Source of the DNA: a virus
Direction: 5' to 3' (one strand)
DNA length: 64,000 nucleotides
Virus record (IMG/VR): IMGVR_UViG_3300005537_000002
Coordinates: 1-64,000 of that record
Below, in pieces: positions 35,925 through 45,760 of the stretch (position 1 is its first letter; every line of letters begins with the position of its first letter). The notes beneath the pieces were generated by a model. It was given only the letters and a program-made list of their open reading frames with translations, searched no databases and was not told the origin of the DNA. Both the position numbers and the translations under genes were made by a program.

Positions 35925-36638
35925 ATGCCAAACTCCCCTATTACAAAGCAGTCCGTAAGACTGCTTGTCATTTCGTATATCAGTTCCGTTAGTATCGTCG
36001 CATTCCTACTGGTTAGCGCACAAGTCCTTATCCAACTCGTACTACTACAAGAGGTGCACACTCGTTCGATAGCCTCTACCATTAATGGTCAGGAACTTCG
36101 CACACAGCGTATGTTCTATAACATCATCCTGCTACAGTCTCCAGGTGGTGTTGCTAGTTACGCAGCCCTTACGAAAACTGTCGCAGCCGACGCCACGCTG
36201 TGGGAGCAGACTCAAAGTGCGATGTACTCCGACAGTTCGAACTACCCGGCAACTGCAATCGCAGCACTACAAAAAGGTAAGACGGACTACATTGCTATGC
36301 ACGACGCACTTACTCGCATCTTTGCCATCGAGAAAACCAATCCGCCGAACTCATTCGACCTTGTCCGACCGGATGTAGGCGTATTCTACATTCACGAGTC
36401 TCCTTACCTACAATCGCTCATCTCTACCTACACTGACCTCGCAAAGTCAGCTGACGACTACGTACAATCCGTACGAGTGCTCGAAATAGTACTCTTTGTG
36501 CTCATGATACTCACACTAGTACTAGAAGCTCGACTCGTGGCAGCTCCGGCCATTCGTCACCTTAACGATCACTTACGTACTCTAGCGCATACGTTGGAAC
36601 TAGTCGACAAAATTACCGGAGAGGAGCCCAAGACATGA
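35925..36638 (+). CDS. Two-TM membrane protein resembling the PilJ/NarX-type sensor domain of histidine kinases, with no signalling domain
   Basis: YISSVSIVAFLLVSAQVLIQ...INGQELRTQRM and VLEIVLFVLMILTLVLEARLVAAPAIRHL resemble the TM1-sensor-TM2 unit. Confidence 0.55.
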   Translation: MPNSPITKQSVRLLVISYISSVSIVAFLLVSAQVLIQLVLLQEVHTRSIASTINGQELRTQRMFYNIILLQSPGGVASYAALTKTVAADATLWEQTQSAMYSDSSNYPATAIAALQKGKTDYIAMHDALTRIFAIEKTNPPNSFDLVRPDVGVFYIHESPYLQSLISTYTDLAKSADDYVQSVRVLEIVLFVLMILTLVLEARLVAAPAIRHLNDHLRTLAHTLELVDKITGEEPKT

Positions 36639-36814
36639 TAGAGTGGTTACACAGGTGCATACAACCAACCGCTGTACTTATGCTGTTCATCGCCGCAGTC
36701 TGTATACTCGGTTACGGCTACCCCGCTTGGACAGCTAAAACCTCTTGGTGGTTGCTCTGGTTGTTCATCGGTGTACTCGCTGCCATAGCCTGGACACTAC
36801 TAGTGTTTACCTAG
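36635..36814 (+). CDS. Small two-TM membrane protein (59 aa, not in ORF track)
   Basis: MIEWLHRCIQPTAVLMLFIAAVCILGYGYPAWTAKTSWWLLWLFIGVLAAIAWTLLVFT; ATGA overlap, RBS GAGGAG. Confidence 0.7.
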   Translation: MIEWLHRCIQPTAVLMLFIAAVCILGYGYPAWTAKTSWWLLWLFIGVLAAIAWTLLVFT

Positions 36815-36829
36815 AAAGGGGTACCGCCA

Positions 36830-37351
36830 TTGAACCCTCAGACACCTCAGATCAAGGCTAAAAAGACGTTATTCTCTCACGTACTACTAGCTCACACACC
36901 CAAGAACGTCAATCTAGCTCACTCCATTGAACTTAGCACAGCCAACTTCAACGAGAGGTTCGCCGTGTGGATTACTAAAGGGTTCGGAACTGTTTGGGCG
37001 TTCTACGTGCTTGTACTTTGGATGTTGCTATGGATAGCCCTCGCCGGAGTAGGCTTTTGGCTCTTCCGATACGACCAGTACCCATTTCCCTTCCTGCTGT
37101 TCTGTAGCAACCTAGTACAGTTGTGGGCTTTACCTGTACTAGCGGTTGGTCAGTCTGTACTAGGCCGCAAACAGGAACTACTTGCGGATGAACAGTACAG
37201 GACGACTCAAAAGACCTACCATGACACCGAACAACTACTGGAGCACCTTAACGCACAGGATGAGGAACTGCTGAAACAGACAGGCATACTCTTGCAACTC
37301 TTACGTGCAGCACCAACTACCCAGCAGAAGCCACTTGACGACAGCAAGTAG
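36830..37351 (+). CDS. DUF1003-like membrane protein
   Basis: NERFAVWIT..FGT...YDQYPFPFLLF..NLVQLWALPVLAVGQ. Confidence 0.75.
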   Translation: MNPQTPQIKAKKTLFSHVLLAHTPKNVNLAHSIELSTANFNERFAVWITKGFGTVWAFYVLVLWMLLWIALAGVGFWLFRYDQYPFPFLLFCSNLVQLWALPVLAVGQSVLGRKQELLADEQYRTTQKTYHDTEQLLEHLNAQDEELLKQTGILLQLLRAAPTTQQKPLDDSK

Positions 37352-37360
37352 TAACGAGTG

Positions 37361-37443
37361 TATAGTTAGTTTTTACCCGTACTAAAAATGAAGATATATA
37401 AATCATACAAGTCCTCCTATAGTACGGGTAAAAACTAACTATA
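37361..37443. repeat. Inverted-repeat mini-element copy 1
   Basis: Perfect 24-bp arms TATAGTTAGTTTTTACCCGTACTA with core GATATATAAATCATAC. Confidence 0.8.
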
Positions 37444-37481
37444 GCTTCAAATACACGTACATTTTAACTGGAGAAAAACTC

Positions 37482-38009
37482 ATGCAACAACCAACATCTA
37501 ACGAACTTTCGCATGTCCATGAAACTACCCTCGAAGTAGCTACTGTTGAGCTTACTCCCCCACACCCTGCTAGAGAAGATACGCCAATATACGAAGCAAC
37601 ACATAAACGCATGGTGTACGACCTAGACACTCCTTGTTATGTATGTGGAGTCACTCATACTACACTTTCGGACCCAACTAAGAACCCGTTCGGTGCGAAA
37701 GCTATGGAGACTCATCACTTCCCAGTGGAGCGTAGCCTCATCGACGCTTGCGACCCAATTAGGTTGGGCATCGACTTCCCAGCAGTTACGGACGCTACTA
37801 CAGCGCAAAACTGGGTGGACAGTGAAGATAACATGCTAGTTCTATGTGACAAGCATCACAGAGACCCTGAAATCGGCATCCACCACCTATCGGCACAGGA
37901 CTTTTTCGTACAACGCTACCTAGTAGCGGGTTACCAGGTTACTGCCACTGCTAAAGATGAAGCTGCGATAGAAGCCAAAGACCAAAGTGTAGAAGCTCAA
38001 AAGTCGTAG
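37482..38009 (+). CDS. HNH-like protein
   Basis: CYVC...ETHHF...DNMLVLCDKHHR....GIHH. Confidence 0.6.
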   Translation: MQQPTSNELSHVHETTLEVATVELTPPHPAREDTPIYEATHKRMVYDLDTPCYVCGVTHTTLSDPTKNPFGAKAMETHHFPVERSLIDACDPIRLGIDFPAVTDATTAQNWVDSEDNMLVLCDKHHRDPEIGIHHLSAQDFFVQRYLVAGYQVTATAKDEAAIEAKDQSVEAQKS

Positions 38010-38695
38010 CGGTCACCATATAAGTCCTCGTACCGTTGCTTACTAACGTAGTCTGGCAAATCGGTAATCTCATCTACTCGGTGCCTGTGTATGTGTTTAC
38101 CTTCCTCAACTAGATCCTGTACATACGTAGTCGCGAACTCACCGTTACAATCTACATAAACCGGCCTGGTTTCTATACCCTTAATGTAGACTTCTACTTC
38201 CCTACCACCCGCTACTTCACAGTCTACGTGGAAGACCGCTCTCACATAAGGTTCTAGCAACACATTCCTATTGGTAGACATAGCCCTATCCAGGCAAGCA
38301 TGAGTCTCAAACCGTGCTGAACCCTCTATACGACCTGGATCTGTCACCAACTTAAACGTATGTTGGTGCCAACGTGTATGTACAGACGTGTTTTGTCCTT
38401 TATCCCAGTAGCTGACAGTACTCATACGCATATGATTGGAAGACCACAAAGACACGTAAGAGTCGGGTGCCTCTACTGCGGACATTAAGTCCTGTGCTAA
38501 CCCTAATTTCTCGATAGCACTCTTGTCATACATCTCACTCCCATTACACCACAGCATACTAGTAGTGTTATTGAAGACGTGAGTCACTACATACAGCTTC
38601 AAGTTGGGTTTAGCGGCAGTGGGTGCTGGCATTCTCATCATAGACGCTGCCATCGTTGTGAGAGGCAGTTCTACCTCGAACGTTCTCCATACCAT
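37997..38695 (-). CDS. Hypothetical protein
   Basis: 232-aa ORF co-oriented with the sigma-like gene. Confidence 0.55.
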   Translation of the reverse strand: MVWRTFEVELPLTTMAASMMRMPAPTAAKPNLKLYVVTHVFNNTTSMLWCNGSEMYDKSAIEKLGLAQDLMSAVEAPDSYVSLWSSNHMRMSTVSYWDKGQNTSVHTRWHQHTFKLVTDPGRIEGSARFETHACLDRAMSTNRNVLLEPYVRAVFHVDCEVAGGREVEVYIKGIETRPVYVDCNGEFATTYVQDLVEEGKHIHRHRVDEITDLPDYVSKQRYEDLYGDRYDF

Positions 38696-38718
38696 AACTT
38701 TGTCAACCTTCTACCTTC

Positions 38719-39378
38719 TTATCCTAAGTACAATTCAGGGTATTGCATGACGTAGTCGCGAAGTAAGCTAATGACCCCGATAAACTTTCTACGACAAGTA
38801 CGTTCTGAATACCCTACTAATTCAGCAATCTCATCCCAACCGTACTTGTCGTACACGCGTAAACGGAAGACTTCCCGCATGAGAGTGTCTTTTACAGCAG
38901 CTTCCAGCACCTCTTCCGCATATAAGTACGGTAAGTTATTCTCAATTACGTCTTCGTAGGGGTGAGGGCTAGTATCACTATCCGACTCTCTCAGTAGACG
39001 ATCTATACTCATACGAACCTTGGAAGGTACTCTATCGGGTAATGACGTATCTGCGTCATCCTCCAGACCCTCTCTTACCATAAGACGGTGATACTGCGTA
39101 TAGCAGTCCTTCTTAATAACCTGCCATGGGTTCCGAACGATATAGTCGTTGTCTGAGTATACTTCCAACAGAAACTGCACCATTACCTCTGCGTTGGTAT
39201 CTTCAGCCCACTGTGGGTTCCTCATATGCAGTCGTCGGTTGTATTTTGCGCGTGCTACTTCCATACACTGAGGTAGCACAGTTGCTAGTAGTTCGTTCGC
39301 CTGTATAAAGAGGCCTCTACTACGCAATTCCCGTACTCGTATGATGGTACTTCCGACTACTTGGTTAAAGTCCGACAT
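38719..39378 (-). CDS. Sigma70 region-4-like transcription regulator / phage sigma factor
   Basis: C-terminal VFRLRVYDKYGWDEIAELVGYSERTCRRKF HTH; size 219 aa. Confidence 0.65.
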   Translation of the reverse strand: MSDFNQVVGSTIIRVRELRSRGLFIQANELLATVLPQCMEVARAKYNRRLHMRNPQWAEDTNAEVMVQFLLEVYSDNDYIVRNPWQVIKKDCYTQYHRLMVREGLEDDADTSLPDRVPSKVRMSIDRLLRESDSDTSPHPYEDVIENNLPYLYAEEVLEAAVKDTLMREVFRLRVYDKYGWDEIAELVGYSERTCRRKFIGVISLLRDYVMQYPELYLG

Positions 39379-39417
39379 CTACAGAACCTTTCTATGGAAA
39401 ATGTATTTATATAATAT

Positions 39418-39447
39418 ATTATAATATAAACGTTTGTGTGTTTACAA
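39418..39447 (-). promoter_or_regulatory. Sigma70-type promoter for the sigma-like gene
   Basis: Minus strand reads CTC-TTGTAA-N18-TATAAT, nearly identical to the promoter at 3764. Confidence 0.75.
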
Positions 39448-39536
39448 GAGTACTTAACCCTCCGTAAGTGACCCCTTGTAAACTGCCAGTGAGTATACTA
39501 TATTTATTATATTCACCTCATAGACGGAGTACACGT

Positions 39537-39971
39537 ATGAGCTACAACATTTCCCGCTTTCACCTGCAAACAGTCTGGCTCGAGTTACCCAGAGACTTCG
39601 ACTTCTTAGCTTGGGTTCGTACCCTACCAGATCGAGATGGCCAAGGGTCTGAGAACACAGGCAAACTCTGGCTAACAGAGAAGGACGATATACTACTACA
39701 CGTCGATATGCTATCCAATACATGGGAACTCGAACTGCTTAACCAGAGTATGCGAGGACACGTTCGGCCGGACGCACTAGTAGTAACTGACCTCGATTGG
39801 AATGACGAGTTCTCCGGCATCCTATACGATGACATCCTACTTCCACTGTTCGAACAGTTTAAGGGTACTCTCACCGCTGTAGTCGTCTGGGAGAGCGGAG
39901 ACAAAATTCAGCACCTCCTTATACAAGACGGCCTAACCACAGAAAAGGACTTACTCTATGAAGAAGCATGA
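39537..39971 (+). CDS. Hypothetical protein
   Basis: RBS GGAG before ATG 39537 (ORF track start 39468). Confidence 0.55.
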   Translation: MSYNISRFHLQTVWLELPRDFDFLAWVRTLPDRDGQGSENTGKLWLTEKDDILLHVDMLSNTWELELLNQSMRGHVRPDALVVTDLDWNDEFSGILYDDILLPLFEQFKGTLTAVVVWESGDKIQHLLIQDGLTTEKDLLYEEA

Positions 39972-40131
39972 CAAAGGCATAGCCCAACTCCAACTCAAAG
40001 AACGCAAAAAACGCAAACGCCTACACAGCGACGAAGTCGTACAACCAGAAGTCGGAGGACTCATGCACGGAGCCGTACTCAAAAAGGAACAACTCAACCA
40101 ACCCACCAAAAAGCAAAAGAAACAACCTTGA
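39958..40131 (+). CDS. Small Lys/Gln-rich basic protein (57 aa, not in ORF track)
   Basis: MKKHDKGIAQLQLKERKKRKRLHSDEVVQPEVGGLMHGAVLKKEQLNQPTKKQKKQP; AAGGA upstream. Confidence 0.5.
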   Translation: MKKHDKGIAQLQLKERKKRKRLHSDEVVQPEVGGLMHGAVLKKEQLNQPTKKQKKQP

Positions 40132-40157
40132 AAACCCACTGAACAACCTTTTATACT
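40128..40157 (+). promoter_or_regulatory. Sigma70-type promoter
   Basis: TTGAAA-N18-TATACT. Confidence 0.6.
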
Positions 40158-40197
40158 ATATTATATAGAAGCAATAGTACTAAAAGGGAGTACAGTT

Positions 40198-40584
40198 ATG
40201 ACCGAGACAGATTGGTGGAAGACTACATATCCGTACGTCGTCCGTGTAAGTAATCATGTAAAGGGTGCGATGAGAGACTACCTACGTACTCATACATTAG
40301 AACAGGCCTACGAAGCTATACAGGGATACACACTCGTCAGCATATACCAACAGAAAAGTCAAGAAAACGACCTAGTCGCAACTCTATTACGTGAGTGCCA
40401 ACGTACGGTTCTAGGTAACTCCAACAAGAACTTTACGCGGGAGTACTTTACAAGAGTGTTCTCCTTTTACGACTTGGAGACTCTGCTAGAAGAAGCTTCT
40501 CTAGGGTGGATACTCACTCGAGAGAGCGACATCCGTCGGGCTATAAAGTACGGACAGCAAGCTCACTTACACGACCCGGACTAG
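40198..40584 (+). CDS. Hypothetical protein
   Basis: RBS AAGGGAG. Confidence 0.6.
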   Translation: MTETDWWKTTYPYVVRVSNHVKGAMRDYLRTHTLEQAYEAIQGYTLVSIYQQKSQENDLVATLLRECQRTVLGNSNKNFTREYFTRVFSFYDLETLLEEASLGWILTRESDIRRAIKYGQQAHLHDPD

Positions 40585-40591
40585 TACCTTT

Positions 40592-40626
40592 GTTAGTCTT
40601 ATCCGCTAAGATAAGACTAACTTTCT
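40592..40626 (+). terminator. Hairpin/terminator
   Basis: GTTAGTCTTATC-CGCTAA-GATAAGACTAAC-TTTCT. Confidence 0.6.
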
Positions 40627-40657
40627 CGACATTTTTACATAGACAGGATGTTTTAAC

Positions 40658-41647
40658 ATGGATCAGGCAGTTGCAACACGTCAAACTGGAAATGTAGTAC
40701 TATTCGTAGGAACAGAATCCGCATACTGGGGGTTGAAAGACTATGAAGTCGCCTCCCAAACCGCGAGAGCTATGGGTGTAGACTCGCTAGCGGTCAAATG
40801 CGCCGACGGTGAAAACCGGTGGTACAGAGATATTAGTCAGATACGAGAGCAGCGTAGCACTGTGCTAAGCCAGGGCTGTGGGTACATACCGTATACGTAC
40901 ATGTACGGTCCTAAGTTCGGCAACAGCCAAATAGACGGAGAAGTTGCGATACTAAAGGAGCTCATGTCAGTAAGTGACGGTATAGTTTGTGGGGACCTCG
41001 AGGTTGAGTGGAACAACCAAGTAGGAGGGGCTCAACATTTAGCACAGGTTATGTCGCATAACTCCGGTGTTTTCATCGTCACTACGTGGGCTGACCCGCT
41101 AGTACAAGGTTGGTCCGGAGTTATGGAAGCGTTGTCCGCTGTCGTTGACGTTTGGGTACCCCAACAGTACACCAATTGGCTGGCACTGCAAGAGAGTACA
41201 CTGTCTAACTTAGGTGCTCACGTCATACAACCCGCTATAGAACTAGTGTCAGAGTTCGGTGGGAACAACCCTATCGACAATGCTGTGCTAGCTAAGAGTA
41301 GAGGGCACAAGACGTTATGGATCTGGGAGTACGGTCAAGCTCGTTCCAACCCGAACCTAGTACGCTCGTGTGCTGCCATTATCGGTAAAACACTTACTAG
41401 TGCTCAGTCTGTTAACATCCAACAAAAGCACCCTACGCCAACGGTTGCTACACCAGCTACAAAGTCCTATACCATTCAGTCTGGAGACACACTAGCATCT
41501 ATCGCAGTTAAATTAGGCATTGCTAATTGGTGGCAAGACCTGTACGTCGCGAATCTCAATACGCTGTCAGTCGTGGCACATCAGCACGGGCAAGAAGTGT
41601 CGGCTAGCCTTATCTATCCCGGAACGAAGTTAACGTATAAAGTGTAA
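40658..41647 (+). CDS. Endolysin: glycoside-hydrolase-like TIM-barrel domain plus C-terminal LysM
   Basis: AVKCADG...PYTYMYG...CGDLEVEW catalytic-like region; SYTIQSGDTLASIA...LIYPGTKL LysM. Confidence 0.75.
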   Translation: MDQAVATRQTGNVVLFVGTESAYWGLKDYEVASQTARAMGVDSLAVKCADGENRWYRDISQIREQRSTVLSQGCGYIPYTYMYGPKFGNSQIDGEVAILKELMSVSDGIVCGDLEVEWNNQVGGAQHLAQVMSHNSGVFIVTTWADPLVQGWSGVMEALSAVVDVWVPQQYTNWLALQESTLSNLGAHVIQPAIELVSEFGGNNPIDNAVLAKSRGHKTLWIWEYGQARSNPNLVRSCAAIIGKTLTSAQSVNIQQKHPTPTVATPATKSYTIQSGDTLASIAVKLGIANWWQDLYVANLNTLSVVAHQHGQEVSASLIYPGTKLTYKV

Positions 41648-41662
41648 TAGAAAGAGCGAAAC

Positions 41663-41977
41663 ATGGATAACCTATTCGTTAAGGGTTGGATCAAACAGCA
41701 CCCGTTACAACCGTGGGAGCGTGCTACTCTTAAGTTCGTGGAGCAAGTCATCATAGCTGCATTCTCTACTACTATACTCGCAGTCGCTTACGACTTACCA
41801 AGTCACACAACTATCGATTGGCTGTTCTTAGCACAAGTTTCATTGCTAGTCGGTCTATTAACAGCACTTGTCCAGTACTTTCGTGCTAGAGGTGATACTC
41901 TAGTCACGAAAGCGTTGGAACAAGTTATCTCTGACGTTGAAGCTCGAGCTAGGTTACCTCTGAATCCTCCTCAATAA
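41663..41977 (+). CDS. Holin-like protein
   Basis: WERATLKFVEQVIIAAF...; two hydrophobic segments; directly after the endolysin. Confidence 0.65.
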   Translation: MDNLFVKGWIKQHPLQPWERATLKFVEQVIIAAFSTTILAVAYDLPSHTTIDWLFLAQVSLLVGLLTALVQYFRARGDTLVTKALEQVISDVEARARLPLNPPQ

Positions 41978-42260
41978 AGTAGTTATAGCACAGGTCTATT
42001 ACACTCTCCCATAACCTGCGTATACGGGCTGAGAGAGTATTCTCCTCTATAGAGGGTTGCCTCTCATACGTCCCAGAGAGCGTGTCTTCATTCGAACTAC
42101 ACCAACCATAGCGGTTCTCATACAACCAAGCTTGCACCTCGTTCGGAGAACCGCTACTGATAGGCCATACGCCTCCCTTTCGATAGATGTTGGCAAATTG
42201 ATGATCCACCAACCGTACACTCACCCATCTTGGACGACGCATACTAACCTCCGTCTTCAA
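41949..42260 (-). CDS. Hypothetical protein
   Basis: Co-oriented downstream of the primase. Confidence 0.45.
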   Translation of the reverse strand: MKTEVSMRRPRWVSVRLVDHQFANIYRKGGVWPISSGSPNEVQAWLYENRYGWCSSNEDTLSGTYERQPSIEENTLSARIRRLWESVIDLCYNYFIEEDSEVT

Positions 42261-42286
42261 TAAGGTTGCCTGAACTCGATACTAGT

Positions 42287-44620
42287 CTACAATCCGCTGG
42301 TCCCAGTAGGGGGTTTGTAGTCTTCCAAATGTAGTAGCGTTCCTCTCGAACTAGGTTCGTGAGTAACTCTTAGTCTGCGACCAATGTACACGTTGGTCTG
42401 TACTCCGTTGATAGATTTAGAACTCTCGCTCATGTTAAATGCTGGCATGAGTGACCTCATACGACTCCAGAACGTTCTGTCTGCCATGTTACCGCGAGAG
42501 ACCGAACCTACCCAACCCCTAAACGCCTGTAACAGATCGGACTTGGGGATGTAGTTGTTACTGTCTCCAGGTAGAGTCCAAGCACAGAGGAATGCGTGTA
42601 CACTGTCAAGCGCACTCTGAAATGCTGTATGCTCCTCTTTCATACTCTGACTGACGGAGAACGCATTGTTGGAGAGCAGTCTACGCAAGCCATCGCAAGC
42701 TAGATTCAACATCGCGGACAGGTTAGCTGGACTGGCAATCTGTTCGATCTTACGTAGGTCCGCTCTCCCTTCAAACGAATTCCCTGCTCTCATCACCAAC
42801 CATCGATCAAAGTACGCGTCATCCGGATCCCTAACTGGCGTAGGTCCATTCGCGCTAAAGAACTGCTTACACGTCGGATAGAACGCAAAAGCATCCTTAA
42901 ACTTACGCTCTCCCTCGATTCGGTCTCCAGCTACGTACAGCTTGAACTTACCCGGTTGGTGCACTTCCGTTGCTTCTAAGTCCGCGAAGACGTTCGCGTA
43001 CCTACCTAGCATATCAGCGGCACCGAACCTGGAGTCGCACAAGTTTTGTAGCGACATCGAGATCGTATTGTTGAGGCCCAGGAACCTAATCACCAAGTCC
43101 AGTAGGGTACTCTTACCTGACCACTTCTCACCGAAAATGATCAAGGCCTTGCGGTATCGACAGTCTGGTAACAGCGAATACCCAACAAACTCCCACCAAG
43201 CATCGATACAGTCTGACGGGAGTATCTCTCGTACAAACTGGTCTACAATCGCAGTGTTTGCATTAGGATCGTAATGTACAGGCAGCTGTGCTAACGAGTG
43301 CTGTTCGGGTATATGCCGTTGTACCTGCCCCGATGCTACGTTCAGCATACCAGTTCGGGTATTGATGACTATTTCTTCTAGCTTCCTCCTAACAGGAGGT
43401 TGCAACGTATTCATCATCGGCGCGTTATGTACAAACCACTTTACAACTTCATCTCCGTAACCCGATCGCCACTGACGACCTAAACGTTGAGCGGCCTCCT
43501 GCTGTAGAAAACGCTCCCCTCCCGGTACGTATCTACCGTCCAAGTAGTGATAGAGTACTCCACCAACTGAGATCACATTCGTACTATGCAGGATGGACTC
43601 GATCAACAACAGCGGAACGAATGTCTTCTTATCAAAAAACCGATCCGGACTACCCTCGAGTCTGGTGAGAGCACGTTGGACTGTACTCTCAACGTATCGG
43701 TAATCCTTACTCTCCCTAAACTTACTACCGCTAAACCAGGTCGGATGCTTGAGTACGGACGTAACTTGTCCTGCGGGAATACCCATTGACAATAAGAAAA
43801 TGGCAATCCTAATATCATTACGCGACCTATCCACTCGACCGGAGTTGTTTAGGTCCGCCCCAGCTGTTCGTGCTGTTGTCTCACTGAACATCAGGTTATA
43901 CGCGTGTGCGTTCTCGCGCTGCACCCTCTCCAAAAAGTCGTCTGGGAGGGGTTCGTCATTGATCGGATCAACCGGTGAAGACTTCTCGGTCTCGCTTATC
44001 GAACTAAAGTCGCTATAGTTGTAGACTCGTTGGGGGTATATACTTACAACCCCAGCATCTTTTGGCTGGTCTACAAACTTATAGTTTCGCGTTCCCGGTG
44101 TCCTCATCAATCGGGCTAAATCCACCACACCATCATCCGCCCCTAGGTACATTAATTGCGAATTCAGCCACCGAATACGACCCTTTAGGCCTTGAACGTC
44201 TTCGATGAACTCGCTTAACAACCAAAAGATTTGCAACCCATGCCCACTATTTACAGCAACGGAGGGTGGAAAGGGAAAGCTTTCAAGCTCTGTAAGTACT
44301 TCCCCCATCTGTTTACCCAGTTTGTAAAAATCTAAATCACAATAGAGTGCGCTAGCACCCCACGTATCAGATTCTTTACCCCTAGTTCCAGGTGCCGCTT
44401 CCGTCTTCATAACTGAAGCCCGAAAGTAGATGTCAGGGGCACTACGTCGCTTTAGTCTCTCAACCTCCGCTATAAGATTAGGGATCTCGTTGGGCATACG
44501 ATGATGTCCAATGTGTGTCGCGTACGCACTCGTGGGTTCAAACACTACTATATTCGTAACACTGCCCGGAGGTGAGTGCTTAAAGACCTCCTGGAAGAAC
44601 TCTAAACTGTCTGCTGCCAT
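42287..44620 (-). CDS. Primase-helicase: RepB-like AEP primase-polymerase fused to D5/P4-type SF3 helicase
   Basis: LYCDLD, VNSGHGLQIFW, RLMRTPGTRNYK; Walker A GEKWSGKSTLL; ERKFK; FDRWLV. Confidence 0.9.
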   Translation of the reverse strand: MAADSLEFFQEVFKHSPPGSVTNIVVFEPTSAYATHIGHHRMPNEIPNLIAEVERLKRRSAPDIYFRASVMKTEAAPGTRGKESDTWGASALYCDLDFYKLGKQMGEVLTELESFPFPPSVAVNSGHGLQIFWLLSEFIEDVQGLKGRIRWLNSQLMYLGADDGVVDLARLMRTPGTRNYKFVDQPKDAGVVSIYPQRVYNYSDFSSISETEKSSPVDPINDEPLPDDFLERVQRENAHAYNLMFSETTARTAGADLNNSGRVDRSRNDIRIAIFLLSMGIPAGQVTSVLKHPTWFSGSKFRESKDYRYVESTVQRALTRLEGSPDRFFDKKTFVPLLLIESILHSTNVISVGGVLYHYLDGRYVPGGERFLQQEAAQRLGRQWRSGYGDEVVKWFVHNAPMMNTLQPPVRRKLEEIVINTRTGMLNVASGQVQRHIPEQHSLAQLPVHYDPNANTAIVDQFVREILPSDCIDAWWEFVGYSLLPDCRYRKALIIFGEKWSGKSTLLDLVIRFLGLNNTISMSLQNLCDSRFGAADMLGRYANVFADLEATEVHQPGKFKLYVAGDRIEGERKFKDAFAFYPTCKQFFSANGPTPVRDPDDAYFDRWLVMRAGNSFEGRADLRKIEQIASPANLSAMLNLACDGLRRLLSNNAFSVSQSMKEEHTAFQSALDSVHAFLCAWTLPGDSNNYIPKSDLLQAFRGWVGSVSRGNMADRTFWSRMRSLMPAFNMSESSKSINGVQTNVYIGRRLRVTHEPSSRGTLLHLEDYKPPTGTSGL

Positions 44621-44681
44621 CTAATGTAACCTTCTAACAACGATGCTACGATGACCTCATTTCGATAATACTAGAGGACCC

Positions 44682-44723
44682 CTTGTAATATTATCAAAGG
44701 TCACTTATAATATTATCAAAGGT
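44682..44723. repeat. Two 20-bp direct repeats (22-bp period) that also form a plus-strand promoter
   Basis: CTT(G/A)TAATATTATCAAAGGT x2; TTGTAA(44683)-N17-TATAAT(44706). Confidence 0.7.
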
Positions 44724-44833
44724 GCGTAGCACCAGACTAGCACACCTCTGCTGGCACGGAGGGTGCAACTTCTTGCAACTACTACACGTTCGCGCAGGGG
44801 TAGAGACTGCTTCCTCCTACCCCTTTGTGAACC

Positions 44834-45220
44834 TCACGATGCCATATCGAGCTCACTATCAACCACCCCCAAGCGTTCCTTACGCCACTCTTCTACTGCT
44901 CGCTCGTAGCGAGGGAGGTAGTACTGATTCGCCCCCATCTTAGTAAGCGACAGCTGAACTCGGATCAGCCCTAACCCCACTAAGGACTCCAATACAGGCC
45001 CAAAAATTGCCCCTGTCAGTTGTAGTTGAGGCTGTAAAGTCGAGCGTGTAAAGAAGAGGCTCCGTTCCATAGTTATCAGGATCCGACGAGCGATTTCTAG
45101 TTCCGTTCGTGAAAGGGGAGCAATCCTTTCCTCTACCTCCCTACTCAATGTGTTGTGTGTCGTCTGTTGAGTCAATATGTTGTCTCCTTCTTGTTCGCGA
45201 TGTAGAAGTTCTACTCGCAT
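44834..45220 (-). CDS. Hypothetical protein, possibly winged-helix
   Basis: GAIFGPVLESLVGLGLIRV..MGANQYYL; promoter immediately upstream. Confidence 0.5.
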   Translation of the reverse strand: MRVELLHREQEGDNILTQQTTHNTLSREVEERIAPLSRTELEIARRILITMERSLFFTRSTLQPQLQLTGAIFGPVLESLVGLGLIRVQLSLTKMGANQYYLPRYERAVEEWRKERLGVVDSELDMAS

Positions 45221-45233
45221 CTGATATGTTTAT

Positions 45234-45262
45234 ATTATAAAGAATTACGTTACAAAAATCAA
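45234..45262 (-). promoter_or_regulatory. Sigma70-type promoter for the primase operon
   Basis: Minus strand reads CCC-TTGATT-N17-TATAAT. Confidence 0.75.
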
Positions 45263-45419
45263 GGGTACTCAACCTACTTGATTTTCGGTCGCCTATACCA
45301 CTATACTTATACCATACAGTCGTCTAGCACAGCTACGTAGTCCCCTTCTCCTCGACCACTCAAAACCTATACTAACGAACCTTTAGTCAACCGAGCACCT
45401 ATAGCACTGATATAAAATC

Positions 45420-45760
45420 AATGCCCCCGCGTTCAACCGGATAAGCTCAGCCATTTTATATGGGCGGGTTTCGGAATTAGGGTCGATTTCTGGATTCACT
45501 TTAAAAATCATGTGTGATTTCTGGATTCACACATGATTTTTAAAGTCGAGATCGATAGCTCTGTTATTTTTTTAGTACCCCCGCGATAAAATTATAAGAC
45601 TATATATATGGGGGGAGCTTAAAAAATTATCCGAGTTCTCGTAGCTCGTAAACAATCGCCAGGGTTTTACTTAAGAATCATAAACAATCGCGTGAGTTTA
45701 CTTATGATTCTTAAGCGCCCATATAGTATAGCTGAGCTTTGTCGATTTCGAGTTAGGTTC
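45420..45760. other. Repeat-rich non-coding region; candidate replication origin or packaging site
   Basis: 20-bp perfect IR (45498-45546), 14-bp IR (45670-45715), direct repeats GATTTCTGGATTCAC x2 and TAAACAATCGC x2, between divergent promoters. Confidence 0.5.

Noticed and set aside
44722-44943. Plus-strand 73-aa ORF behind the 44683 promoter
   Set aside because: No RBS, overlaps the better-supported minus-strand ORF, and has no recognisable features.
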